Shown: positions 35,156-43,480 of the stretch, piece after piece
Position numbering within the stretch: the first letter of the stretch is position 1
How the letters are laid out: every line of letters begins with the position of its first letter
IMG/VR virus record: IMGVR_UViG_3300028654_000001
Location: 248,001-312,000 of that record
DNA: 64,000 nt
Reading direction: 5' to 3' (one strand)
Position numbers and translations under genes: made by a program
The notes under the pieces: model-generated
Seen by the model: only the letters and a program-made list of their open reading frames with translations
Database searches by the model: none
Told to the model about the DNA's origin: nothing

Positions 35156-36871
35156 TCACTTGAGAAGTGTGTAACGAGCCGTCAACTTGCTCTTCAGGTA
35201 ACTCCAAACAGAGTTCCTAACTTCACGATTCACCGCAGCAAGTCTTTTTTGAATAATTCTTGTCTGATCTGGAGTCAGGGACTTTAGGACCCCCGATTGC
35301 CAACGATCGAAGATATCCATACAGAAGGAGGTGTCCGCTGGAGTATTGGTAGTGAAAGCCTGGAACACCTTTTGTATATCGATGTCTAGATCATAACCCA
35401 TCTTTTGAGCGATGGTGATCCCACGGGTCTCCCTCACGAGCTCGGCAACCTCATCTACTTCCTTTGCCACAATCTCAAGAGCCCTACTATCCTTCTCTTG
35501 AAGGAGGTCTTCAAAAGCATTGATGGCCTTGGCTCCCATAACATCAGCATCGATGAGGGATTCGTCAGCCGCCCTGAAGAGAGATATCTGGACTCCGGCA
35601 ATATCTCTGACCGTACCCCTCCCTAACTTGTACAGATCCTCAATGGATTCTCGAACTTTAGCATAACCACCTTTGCCAACGAACTCAGCAAATTGCCCGA
35701 CGTTGTAGGCAGCCTTTTGGGCAGCCCCGTCCGAGTTTGACAGGTCAGGGTAAAACTCGATGCGTAATGCCTGGCTGACAACAGAGGCTTCCCTCTTGAG
35801 TTGTTCAATGAAGTCATCGCTCATCAGGGCCAAGCGAACAGTTTCGAACTGCTGATCAAATAAATCTCTCTGAGCCTTCAGACCAGCTTCCAAGATGGCA
35901 CTTAGGTGCTTGTACTGTCGGACTAGAGTCGACTCGAAGCGGTAGTCCTCGGTGAGTTGACTCTTACCCTTATCACACTTCCGTTGAACCGAATCAAGGA
36001 GTGAGTCCTTCTTCTCAGCCACTGCACCCCATGAGATAGAGATCACCTGGGAGGCTGTACCAAGATTGGCCAAGTCGGTAACCAGGTCGAAGTAGTCAGT
36101 AAGAATCTCGAACTTCTCGTCGAGCTTCCTTTTTGACATGATCGCTGAGGTGAGTGCTCCAAGCCCGTTTCCAGTGAACTTTTGCTTGGCCCGCACGGCC
36201 TTCATCTTCTTCTCAATCTTCTTGGCTAGGACATACGCGTCTGAGCCAACTTTGCTTGAAGAGTTCTTAATACCAAGGGTATTGCAGATGAAAACCACCT
36301 CAAACAGGGCTTCACTGTATTCGACGATGTCTAAGTCACCTGAGCCACCAGAGAGAGCCGCAATGATCCTACGAAGGTAGGTTTCGATAGCATCAACTTT
36401 GCTCAGGGTAGCTAAGTCAGTTTCATCCACTTGCCCCTTGTCCATCTTCTTGAGGATGGCCTTTTGGGCGTTGAGCTTCTTCATGATGGCTGCTGGAGCT
36501 TCGTAGCCACCTATCTCTAAATAGTGGTAGATACACTCGCAACCGACGATGAGCTTGTTCCCAGAGGTGCGGTTTCTGATTGGGAAGTGGTACTTGATGG
36601 GGGTCTTATCGCAGAGCTCACATGTCCCTGACGAGATGAATGGGAGACCGTTGCTCTCCCATTCACGAATAGCCTCATCAATGTTGTCAGATGATGAAGC
36701 TGCAAGAAGCCTCTCCCTGATCTTTGGCCAGTATTCACTACTGCGCCCCTTCCTACCGATAGCTTCCCCCTGCTCAAGATCTATGAGGGCGTCATCAATC
36801 TCAGAAATATCCCCGATGCCGGTCAGGTCATCGACGGGCTTCTTCTTGCTGGCGGCAAAGTTCAGAAACAT
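35156..36871 (-). CDS. hypothetical protein with a Zn-binding module
   Basis: TCELCDKTPIKYHFPIRNRTSGNKLIVGCECI followed by a long helical region. Confidence 0.65.
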   Translation of the reverse strand: MFLNFAASKKKPVDDLTGIGDISEIDDALIDLEQGEAIGRKGRSSEYWPKIRERLLAASSSDNIDEAIREWESNGLPFISSGTCELCDKTPIKYHFPIRNRTSGNKLIVGCECIYHYLEIGGYEAPAAIMKKLNAQKAILKKMDKGQVDETDLATLSKVDAIETYLRRIIAALSGGSGDLDIVEYSEALFEVVFICNTLGIKNSSSKVGSDAYVLAKKIEKKMKAVRAKQKFTGNGLGALTSAIMSKRKLDEKFEILTDYFDLVTDLANLGTASQVISISWGAVAEKKDSLLDSVQRKCDKGKSQLTEDYRFESTLVRQYKHLSAILEAGLKAQRDLFDQQFETVRLALMSDDFIEQLKREASVVSQALRIEFYPDLSNSDGAAQKAAYNVGQFAEFVGKGGYAKVRESIEDLYKLGRGTVRDIAGVQISLFRAADESLIDADVMGAKAINAFEDLLQEKDSRALEIVAKEVDEVAELVRETRGITIAQKMGYDLDIDIQKVFQAFTTNTPADTSFCMDIFDRWQSGVLKSLTPDQTRIIQKRLAAVNREVRNSVWSYLKSKLTARYTLLK

Positions 36872-36933
36872 CTTACCTACAAAAGTTTCATAGGTAGTTT
36901 TTGATTAACCTGTTATGACAAGCTCATGTTTCT

Positions 36934-37267
36934 CTGACAACCATTTTTGACCTGAATACCTACCGAGAGGGCTGCCCTAGCTGACAACCGCTGCTGGCCT
37001 GAGCACCAACCGTAAGTACGTGGCCAAGCTATAGAAAATGACGAACTGGAGCCGTAAGGCTCGATGCTGAAGACATCGAGCTCTTGCTGACAACCGCTGC
37101 TGGCCTGAGCACCAACCGTAAGAGCTTGCTGCGTTCTTCACCGGTCTCAGGCCGTCGACTGACAACCGCTGCTGGCCTGAGCACCAACCGTAAGGGCCTG
37201 AGCACCAACCGTAAGCACACTCGGCACCCATCTGACAACCGCTGCTGGCCTGAGCACCAACCGTAAG
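36934..37267 (-). CRISPR. degenerate CRISPR-like mini-array, 36-nt repeat CTTACGGTTGGTGCTCAGGCCAGCAGCGGTTGTCAG (minus strand)
   Basis: Identical repeats at 36981-37016, 37087-37122, 37159-37194 and 37232-37267; 21-nt partial repeat at 37195-37215; 7-nt remnant at 37052-37058; degenerate terminal repeat at 36934-36969 (26/36 identical); unique spacers of 16, 36, 28, 35 and 11 nt. Confidence 0.8.
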
Positions 37268-37338
37268 TCCAGTCGTCATAAACCAATAAACTCCTGTACT
37301 TGAGGCGTGCTTTGCGAGAGATTCCTTTCCTCCTCCTT

Positions 37339-38967
37339 TTAAAAGAACCTAAGTTGTTGATTTCCTTTAGGTTGTCTTTTAGAAGCGCCTGGGCGCTCGC
37401 GATGGGTACTCAGATCAGTAACGGGCTGGTAAGGCTCACACCCTTTTCCTGGCTCTCGTTCCCCACAAGCAGGTTCTACAACATCCAGGATCTCAGGCGC
37501 AACCGTTTCTTGGCCAGCTGATACAGGCGATCCAATCTGACTCCGGTTTCTAAGGCCGAAGCTGGTAGGTAACTCTCGTCCCTTGCCTATCTCGGATTCT
37601 TTTCCACTCAATGTCGCCTGTAAAAGCTTGTCCACTTCCGGCCAGGTTTTTAACGCCTGACCCACATTGAGCTGATCCCCTTCCACGCAAGTAGCGAGGA
37701 AAGCAGAGTATAAGTCTCGTTGAGACTTCAAACCACAGTCACACGAATGCCACCTCTGACTGAGAGACTTCTTCTCTATAGTCCCGCACCCATGGCAGGT
37801 TTGACTCAAACGAGTTGTTCTTGTTGAGAATTCAGTAACCTTTGAGGCTTTACGGCGAAGCTCAGCCATGAACATCCCAGGTGCCCGATACCCAACTGAT
37901 CTACCAAAGTTTTTCTGAAAAGATCTGTAAGATACTTTTTCTGTCCTAATATCGTCACCCAAAGTAAGGATTCGGTTAACCAAGTTACCTTGGAGGCTCT
38001 TTCGATGAGCTGCTTGCTTACGCTGAATAGATGATCTCTGTAAGGATACTTTGGTCTGTCTCTTGGAGATAACCCACTTCTTCGATCCCTTACGGATAGT
38101 TCCATCTGGGTTATAGTTGTTCGGATTATTGGATCGACGCTGACGATCCTCCTGTCTCTGAAGTTGGCGAATAGTCTCTTGTTTATCATCGAGTTCCGAA
38201 CAAAACTCCTCTAAAAGAGCTACTCCAGCTTGAGGAGCCACTACTGCAATAGTTGAAGGTCCTAAGTCTAACCCAACTACCCCGTGTCCAGGGAGGTTAC
38301 TTTCCTTTATGTATGGAAGACCCTCACAAACTAGTTGAGCATAGTACCGAAGTTTACTGCCAACTTGTCGACGGACTAGTTGAACATGTTTAATCCGGTG
38401 GGACAAACCATGGGCAGTAACCTTGTCGTTTGGGTCAATGACTGCTTTGATCCCCTTGAGCCCAAACCAATCAATATGATCCTTCTTCCATTTGACGCCG
38501 GAGTTGCTACGACCATCAATACAATTAAAAGTTCCTTTCCGTAAGAAATGTGGTCTACCACGTTTACTAAAGCTGTACCCCTGAACGATTTTGAACTCCC
38601 GAGAGGCAATAGCCATCATCGTGGAGGCGTCTAAATGACCGTCACTATTGAGCCAAGAATGAGTTAGATTAGCAGTAACCCAGTTATGAAGGTCAAACTC
38701 TCGAAAGTTAAATTCCTCATTCAACTGATTAAAGGTCTCGAACCTGGTCTTCGATTCTAATGAGCCCCTACCACCCTTTGGGAGTTTTATAGCAGTTCGG
38801 TATGCCTTGGATTCCTTCATCAAGTCCAACCGTTTGAGAGTCTCTGTCAAGCAAGCATTACCAACCATCCGAGCGACCTCAAATCGAATAGCAAGGATTC
38901 GCTCATCCCTAGGCGACGTAGCCAGAGGAAGCTCACAAACGAAGGTTGGACTTGAGTTACGAGCCAC
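37339..38967 (-). CDS. tnpB: TnpB/Cas12-like RNA-guided RuvC nuclease (542 aa)
   Basis: RuvC-I VGLDLGPS, RuvC-II IRTEKVSY, Zn finger CHGC...CDC and RuvC-III QRDLYSAFLA; all three catalytic residues present. Confidence 0.88.
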   Translation of the reverse strand: MARNSSPTFVCELPLATSPRDERILAIRFEVARMVGNACLTETLKRLDLMKESKAYRTAIKLPKGGRGSLESKTRFETFNQLNEEFNFREFDLHNWVTANLTHSWLNSDGHLDASTMMAIASREFKIVQGYSFSKRGRPHFLRKGTFNCIDGRSNSGVKWKKDHIDWFGLKGIKAVIDPNDKVTAHGLSHRIKHVQLVRRQVGSKLRYYAQLVCEGLPYIKESNLPGHGVVGLDLGPSTIAVVAPQAGVALLEEFCSELDDKQETIRQLQRQEDRQRRSNNPNNYNPDGTIRKGSKKWVISKRQTKVSLQRSSIQRKQAAHRKSLQGNLVNRILTLGDDIRTEKVSYRSFQKNFGRSVGYRAPGMFMAELRRKASKVTEFSTRTTRLSQTCHGCGTIEKKSLSQRWHSCDCGLKSQRDLYSAFLATCVEGDQLNVGQALKTWPEVDKLLQATLSGKESEIGKGRELPTSFGLRNRSQIGSPVSAGQETVAPEILDVVEPACGEREPGKGCEPYQPVTDLSTHRERPGASKRQPKGNQQLRFF

Positions 38968-38976
38968 GTATTTAGT

Positions 38977-38983
38977 TACACCA
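38977..38983 (-). promoter_or_regulatory. YGGTGTA motif upstream of the tnpB/cas12-like gene
   Basis: TACACCA on +, 9 nt from GTG 38967. Confidence 0.5.
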
Positions 38984-38995
38984 GAGATAAGTTAG

Positions 38996-39352
38996 TTACT
39001 CGAATTGTCGTTTCCAATACTGATCCCCCGGGCCTCGGTATTGAACACTAGTCCTGGGTGCTGATTGCATCAAGGAGATAGGAATCTTCGCCGTTTTACT
39101 CTTGACCCTGACCTCAAACCCATCGCTACAGGGTCGGATCACAGCACGCCCCCTCTTGAAAATCTCATCCATGAGCTTGTTCAAGTCAACACTGTCGGGC
39201 AGCTTGAACCTCTGATACTCAACCGATCCGATCGAAAGCTTGTCCAATACCATAAGGTGTTTGAACACATAACCAAGCTCGGAAGCCACCTCAACAACTA
39301 ATTGTGCAACAAGTTTTGGTGATTGGTGTTGGGTCTCAACAGCAAAATTCAT
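38996..39352 (-). CDS. hypothetical protein
   Basis: 118-aa ORF. Confidence 0.55.
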   Translation of the reverse strand: MNFAVETQHQSPKLVAQLVVEVASELGYVFKHLMVLDKLSIGSVEYQRFKLPDSVDLNKLMDEIFKRGRAVIRPCSDGFEVRVKSKTAKIPISLMQSAPRTSVQYRGPGDQYWKRQFE

Positions 39353-39391
39353 GAGGTCAGTCTCGCTCTGGAAGTGGTTATCGAAGGAATC

Positions 39392-39787
39392 TCAGTCATC
39401 ATCCTCTAGGATTCGTTCGAACCTCGTTCGAGGATTTACTTTCTCTGGCTTCACAATTTTGTGAGATGTTCGAATGTAGGTGGTACGTAACTCCCATCGG
39501 TCTTGTCCGTATTCAACCTGGGATAAAACATAGACAGGACCCTCGTGACCTCTGAGGTGATTGTGTGCCCTTTCACCCTCTAGAGTCAAAAACTTAAGAA
39601 ACCCACCCGATGGTAATCTAATGGTGAAAGCATCCATCCGTTGAATGTGTTCACTAGACAGTGAGGACCTAGCAGCAGCTATTAGGAATCTGGAATGGTT
39701 ATTATTGAATGCGAACACGATTACCCTTTGACCCCCAAGGGCAGCCGGTACGGCTTCCGCTAACATCTGTGCTTGATTCAACTCCAC
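39392..39787 (-). CDS. hypothetical protein
   Basis: 131 aa; ends PRTRFERILEDDD. Confidence 0.55.
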   Translation of the reverse strand: MELNQAQMLAEAVPAALGGQRVIVFAFNNNHSRFLIAAARSSLSSEHIQRMDAFTIRLPSGGFLKFLTLEGERAHNHLRGHEGPVYVLSQVEYGQDRWELRTTYIRTSHKIVKPEKVNPRTRFERILEDDD

Positions 39788-39794
39788 TGGGTCC

Positions 39795-40769
39795 TCAGGT
39801 TGTTCGCTCTTTTGGTACCGCTGCTTCAGCTTCTCTCACGAAGTCTTCGATTGGTCGGGCGCATGGCAACTCAAAGTCTGCCGGCTGGTAGTCATTAACG
39901 TCGAATGCAGTAAGGAACTCATCGATCTCCCGCTGAGCCATACCATGTTCCTTGCATAACATCTCTATAGATTGGGTTCCAGTTAGTGGAATCCCAAGTT
40001 TGAGCATGTTACACAGGACCAACATCTCTTGGCGGCTGAAGTTGTGCGACTTATAGTTGTAGTCGGACCACGCGGAGAATAGGTTTGGCCATCCCTGTTG
40101 AAGAATTCCAGCAATGCTGTTAGCAAAGGCCCTGATCTCCCACTGGGCGTGATTATCACACCGAAGAGTCAGAAAGTGCATCAGGTTGTGAGCATCAATC
40201 TTCCACCGCCATTGAGTATAGGTCGAGAGTGGGAGATCAATCCTGGACAACTCTCTAGCTACATCTTCGGCCAAGAGCCACTCATAGTTGTCCTTGGTAG
40301 TGACCCGTCCATCAACCCACCGTTGAACCGCCTTAGTGTAGGTGTTGGCATCCGTCTCAGAGTTCTCACGCCCCTGTTTATTGTTCGTAGATTGCTTGGC
40401 AAAGTTACCAAGTTCCGGAGTGTGGAAGAGCATCGGAAGAAGACTATATCGACCACTGACCTCATTTACCGCTGCTGTTCGATGCCTGATCCACTGACGA
40501 GCTACGAAGATCGGCATCGAACAATGGAAGTGCAGCTCGACAAACTCGAATGGACTTGTGTGCATCTTTCGACGAAGGTATCTAACCAAACCACGGTCAT
40601 TGTTACCAGCTTTTGTGCCATGCCCATAGCTTGTTCTGGCACAAGTCGGCACAGTATTGTCCGTCCCCATGTAGTCCACTAGTGCCACAAAGCCATGATC
40701 CAGAACTGGAAAGTATTCGCCCAGAAGGGCTTCCGCAGTCTCTGAGGTGGCACGCTTGGTCTCGGTCAT
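39795..40769 (-). CDS. thyX: FAD-dependent thymidylate synthase
   Basis: HTSPFEF, PIFVARQWIRHR, NEVSGRYS and HAQWEIR motifs. Confidence 0.93.
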   Translation of the reverse strand: MTETKRATSETAEALLGEYFPVLDHGFVALVDYMGTDNTVPTCARTSYGHGTKAGNNDRGLVRYLRRKMHTSPFEFVELHFHCSMPIFVARQWIRHRTAAVNEVSGRYSLLPMLFHTPELGNFAKQSTNNKQGRENSETDANTYTKAVQRWVDGRVTTKDNYEWLLAEDVARELSRIDLPLSTYTQWRWKIDAHNLMHFLTLRCDNHAQWEIRAFANSIAGILQQGWPNLFSAWSDYNYKSHNFSRQEMLVLCNMLKLGIPLTGTQSIEMLCKEHGMAQREIDEFLTAFDVNDYQPADFELPCARPIEDFVREAEAAVPKERTT

Positions 40770-41425
40770 ATGACGTCCTCTCGTTCAAAACGGGTGGGTA
40801 TCTTACTTCGATCGAACTCGGGCTCAGGAAGAGGAAATCGTGCTTCCTTCAGGAACCCAGATTCGAACACCCTGTTTACACCAGAGTCACCAAACCTATT
40901 CTTACTGATTGTAAACGATCTACCTCTATCATCCAAACGTATGGTGAGACTCGCATAATAACCAACCCCAGCTGGAAAGTCCTCTGGTAAGGTTCTCCGA
41001 TTCCATGTAATAACCATGGCTAAGTCTGGTCTTCTTCTACGAACTCTACTAATGACCCTAACCATCTCCTGAGCTCGAGCCGCCATACCCTCAGATACAG
41101 AGACCATGTTTTGAATACCCTCAACAAGGACTAGATCATAGCTTTGATCCAGTAGCAACTCACCTAATTCATAAAGCGATGTCACATCTTGATTGATATC
41201 GTAGTGGTGGTAACTAGGATCTGGTCCGTTCTCGATATCAACTACAAGAACTCGAGCACTAGTGTGTCTTGCAACATTATCAGCAATGGATCGAATAAGA
41301 GAGGTCTTACCAGACATCGGGGTCCCTATAACAGTAGTAAGAGATCCGCGGGGGATTCCAGGACAATCCTCCCCTATGAGAGAATCTATAGCTGGAAATC
41401 CAGTGCTGTAGTGTGGGACAGACAT
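40766..41425 (-). CDS. short RecA/RadA-superfamily ATPase
   Basis: GIPRGSLTTVIGTPMSGKTS, Walker-B-like LVLVE and ISKNRFG. Confidence 0.65.
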   Translation of the reverse strand: MSVPHYSTGFPAIDSLIGEDCPGIPRGSLTTVIGTPMSGKTSLIRSIADNVARHTSARVLVVDIENGPDPSYHHYDINQDVTSLYELGELLLDQSYDLVLVEGIQNMVSVSEGMAARAQEMVRVISRVRRRRPDLAMVITWNRRTLPEDFPAGVGYYASLTIRLDDRGRSFTISKNRFGDSGVNRVFESGFLKEARFPLPEPEFDRSKIPTRFEREDVI

Positions 41426-41991
41426 CAGCAGATCCCCTTACTCACCATGGATACAATCGCATCCCAGTGATAGACCCGAAACCCATCCCAAGACATGTGG
41501 TTGTTATTGGTTGTATTCCAAAGAATAGGAACCCCTCTAGGATTAAACTTATACCAGCTTCGAAGTTGATCTAAGTTATCCTCAACGAACCAATCTCCTG
41601 AAATGAGATATTTAGCCGACAAGAAGGCAACGTGGTCTTTGTCAAAACCGAAGTGCTTATCTAGCCATTCATACCGCTCTGATACCCATGGAACACTATC
41701 GTGGGGGTTGGTAACAGCGAACACCTCAACCAACCCCTGAAGTTTTCTGATAGCCTCTTGAGAACCCTCGATTGGCTTTAGTCCAAGGCAAAACCCAGGT
41801 TCTGCCATCTCTCTGAACACACCCATCCGTTGAACATCAGTCAGGATACTAAATAGATCCCATACTTTGAAGTCCTCAAGCTTCCAGTTCTGGTCAGTAA
41901 CCCGTCGAATAATCTCAACTACTGGTGCTTGTAGTGAAGCCAATACTTCGTCAACATCAACTAAAAGTCTACGAGGTGCTGCCACTGGCAT
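41425..41991 (-). CDS. 5'(3')-deoxyribonucleotidase (NT5C-like HAD)
   Basis: LLVDVDEVLA, LKPIEGSQEA, ERYEWLDKHF and GDWFVED motifs. Confidence 0.85.
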   Translation of the reverse strand: MPVAAPRRLLVDVDEVLASLQAPVVEIIRRVTDQNWKLEDFKVWDLFSILTDVQRMGVFREMAEPGFCLGLKPIEGSQEAIRKLQGLVEVFAVTNPHDSVPWVSERYEWLDKHFGFDKDHVAFLSAKYLISGDWFVEDNLDQLRSWYKFNPRGVPILWNTTNNNHMSWDGFRVYHWDAIVSMVSKGIC

Positions 41992-42000
41992 CTAGCCCTA

Positions 42001-42007
42001 TACACCG
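42001..42007 (-). promoter_or_regulatory. YGGTGTA motif upstream of the deoxyribonucleotidase gene
   Basis: TACACCG on +, 9 nt from ATG 41991. Confidence 0.55.
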
Positions 42008-42012
42008 GGAAG

Positions 42013-42270
42013 TCACTGTCTAGCTGGTAAAAATGGAACTTCTGTCTGATCCTGAAGCTGTGGGTCTAAAGGCTCCACTGGAATTGGACTAAACTTGTCC
42101 AGTTGATTTATCTCAAGAATCTCTACATTGTGCTCTTTCAGGGCCGCCTCAAACTTAGGTAGATCCTGAACTACCAGGCAAAATGCATCGATCCCTTCGC
42201 CGATGGCAACTGTCCACTCGGGAAGTAAGATTTCACTCTGAGACTTAACCTTGAACGAATAATAGGCCAT
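42013..42270 (-). CDS. hypothetical protein
   Basis: ATG 42270 (MAYYSF) overlaps the upstream TGA. Confidence 0.55.
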   Translation of the reverse strand: MAYYSFKVKSQSEILLPEWTVAIGEGIDAFCLVVQDLPKFEAALKEHNVEILEINQLDKFSPIPVEPLDPQLQDQTEVPFLPARQ

Positions 42271-43430
42271 CAGGTCAGTATCTCCACAGAAAGTCCAGAG
42301 GTAGTGATATCTTCGATCCTGAAGGCACTTATCGCCCAAACGTTTAACCACAAGGTGGCTTCGGTTACCGCCTCAATCGTCCATCTCCCGTGCATCTCCC
42401 GAGAGTGTAGCCCAAAATCAAGCAAGGGCAGCTCCAGGATGCCTGCAGACGAGTGGGTGTAGATGGCTAGGTAGTCTGGTCCAGGAACGGCTATGGTTCT
42501 GCAGCCGCGCTTCTGAAGGGCAGCAGCTAGGTTGGGCTCAGCAATCCAAAGACCCTCAGTATGACCTTGGACAGCTTCCTCGAACGGAGTCAACCGTGGA
42601 TTCAGGTTCCTATACTCGAGCATGGCCGAAGCTATACTCCGAATCCAAGAGGTGGCGATAACCGCGGTTGAAGCCGTTAGCTGGTCATACTTTAGATTGA
42701 TGGCTAATGGATCTTGGATCGGCCTACGTTGAAGGCTACTCGGGTGGACCTGAATTCTAGTATAGTCATGCTCAGAGTCAGGCTGAGCACCGATCGGAAA
42801 GTATTGAAGAAAATCTTCGACAACCCCCTTTGGGTTTTCGAAGATAGTCGGGATAACCTGCTCAATCTTACCAACTATATCCCGTCGGCCTCCACGAGAG
42901 AGGGTCAGTAATCTTGAGTCCCCCTCCTCACGAAGTCTCTCGGTTTGATTGACCCTTGAGAGAGCTCGCTCTCTCACCCTGCTCTCTAGCTGGTCCTCAA
43001 ACCTCCACATGGTTATGAAGGCCTCAATCTCAGGTTTTACGGCCTGGGACCTCTCAACCAGACGCCCATCTTCTCTGAGTACTGGCGCTGGTTGGTAAAA
43101 ATCTTCATTGCTCAGCTTGGCAATGGCCCTTCCGGTTTCACTAGAGATCATAAGGATCCCATCACCAAGCTGAGCATACTCATCAGCAAGATACTGGGCT
43201 ACGTCATCCAAACCCTCATCAAAATGGAGTTTCTCACGCAACCGCTGGGTCAACGTCTCCACGTCAATGACACCCGTGGTGAATAGGCCCCCCAGATTAG
43301 GATCCTCCTGAATCTTTTCCCTACTGCGCCTAAGTAACCCAGAGCTCGGGTTAGCTTTCGAAAGAACCCTGACATTAACCTTCCTGGATAGGGCCTGCTG
43401 TTGAGGTGTCAGGGTGGTTAGGTCAGGCAT
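42270..43430 (-). CDS. hypothetical protein (possible divergent capsid-fold paralog, unverified)
   Basis: Long ORF 42270-43463; ATG 43430 is the likely start. Confidence 0.6.
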   Translation of the reverse strand: MPDLTTLTPQQQALSRKVNVRVLSKANPSSGLLRRSREKIQEDPNLGGLFTTGVIDVETLTQRLREKLHFDEGLDDVAQYLADEYAQLGDGILMISSETGRAIAKLSNEDFYQPAPVLREDGRLVERSQAVKPEIEAFITMWRFEDQLESRVRERALSRVNQTERLREEGDSRLLTLSRGGRRDIVGKIEQVIPTIFENPKGVVEDFLQYFPIGAQPDSEHDYTRIQVHPSSLQRRPIQDPLAINLKYDQLTASTAVIATSWIRSIASAMLEYRNLNPRLTPFEEAVQGHTEGLWIAEPNLAAALQKRGCRTIAVPGPDYLAIYTHSSAGILELPLLDFGLHSREMHGRWTIEAVTEATLWLNVWAISAFRIEDITTSGLSVEILT

Positions 43431-43480
43431 GATTCGTACTCCTACCGGCCCTACTGTGGTCACGTTGGGTCGGATGTCAA

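Noticed and set aside
36977-37286. Short ORFs across the array (36977-37279, 37029-37286, 37084-37266)
   Set aside because: They are translations of the repeats (YGWCSGQQRLS recurring), not credible genes.
37339-38967. Reading the locus as a complete IS200/IS605 or IS607 transposon
   Set aside because: No tnpA or serine recombinase nearby and no evident left-end hairpin; the gene has the phage promoter motif and a repeat-spacer array. A non-autonomous origin is not excluded.
40877-40883. TACACCA inside the RecA-like gene, and GGTGTA at 23960 at the end of the LAGLIDADG gene
   Set aside because: The first lies 107 nt from the thyX start inside coding sequence and the second has no downstream sense gene; both are likely chance copies.
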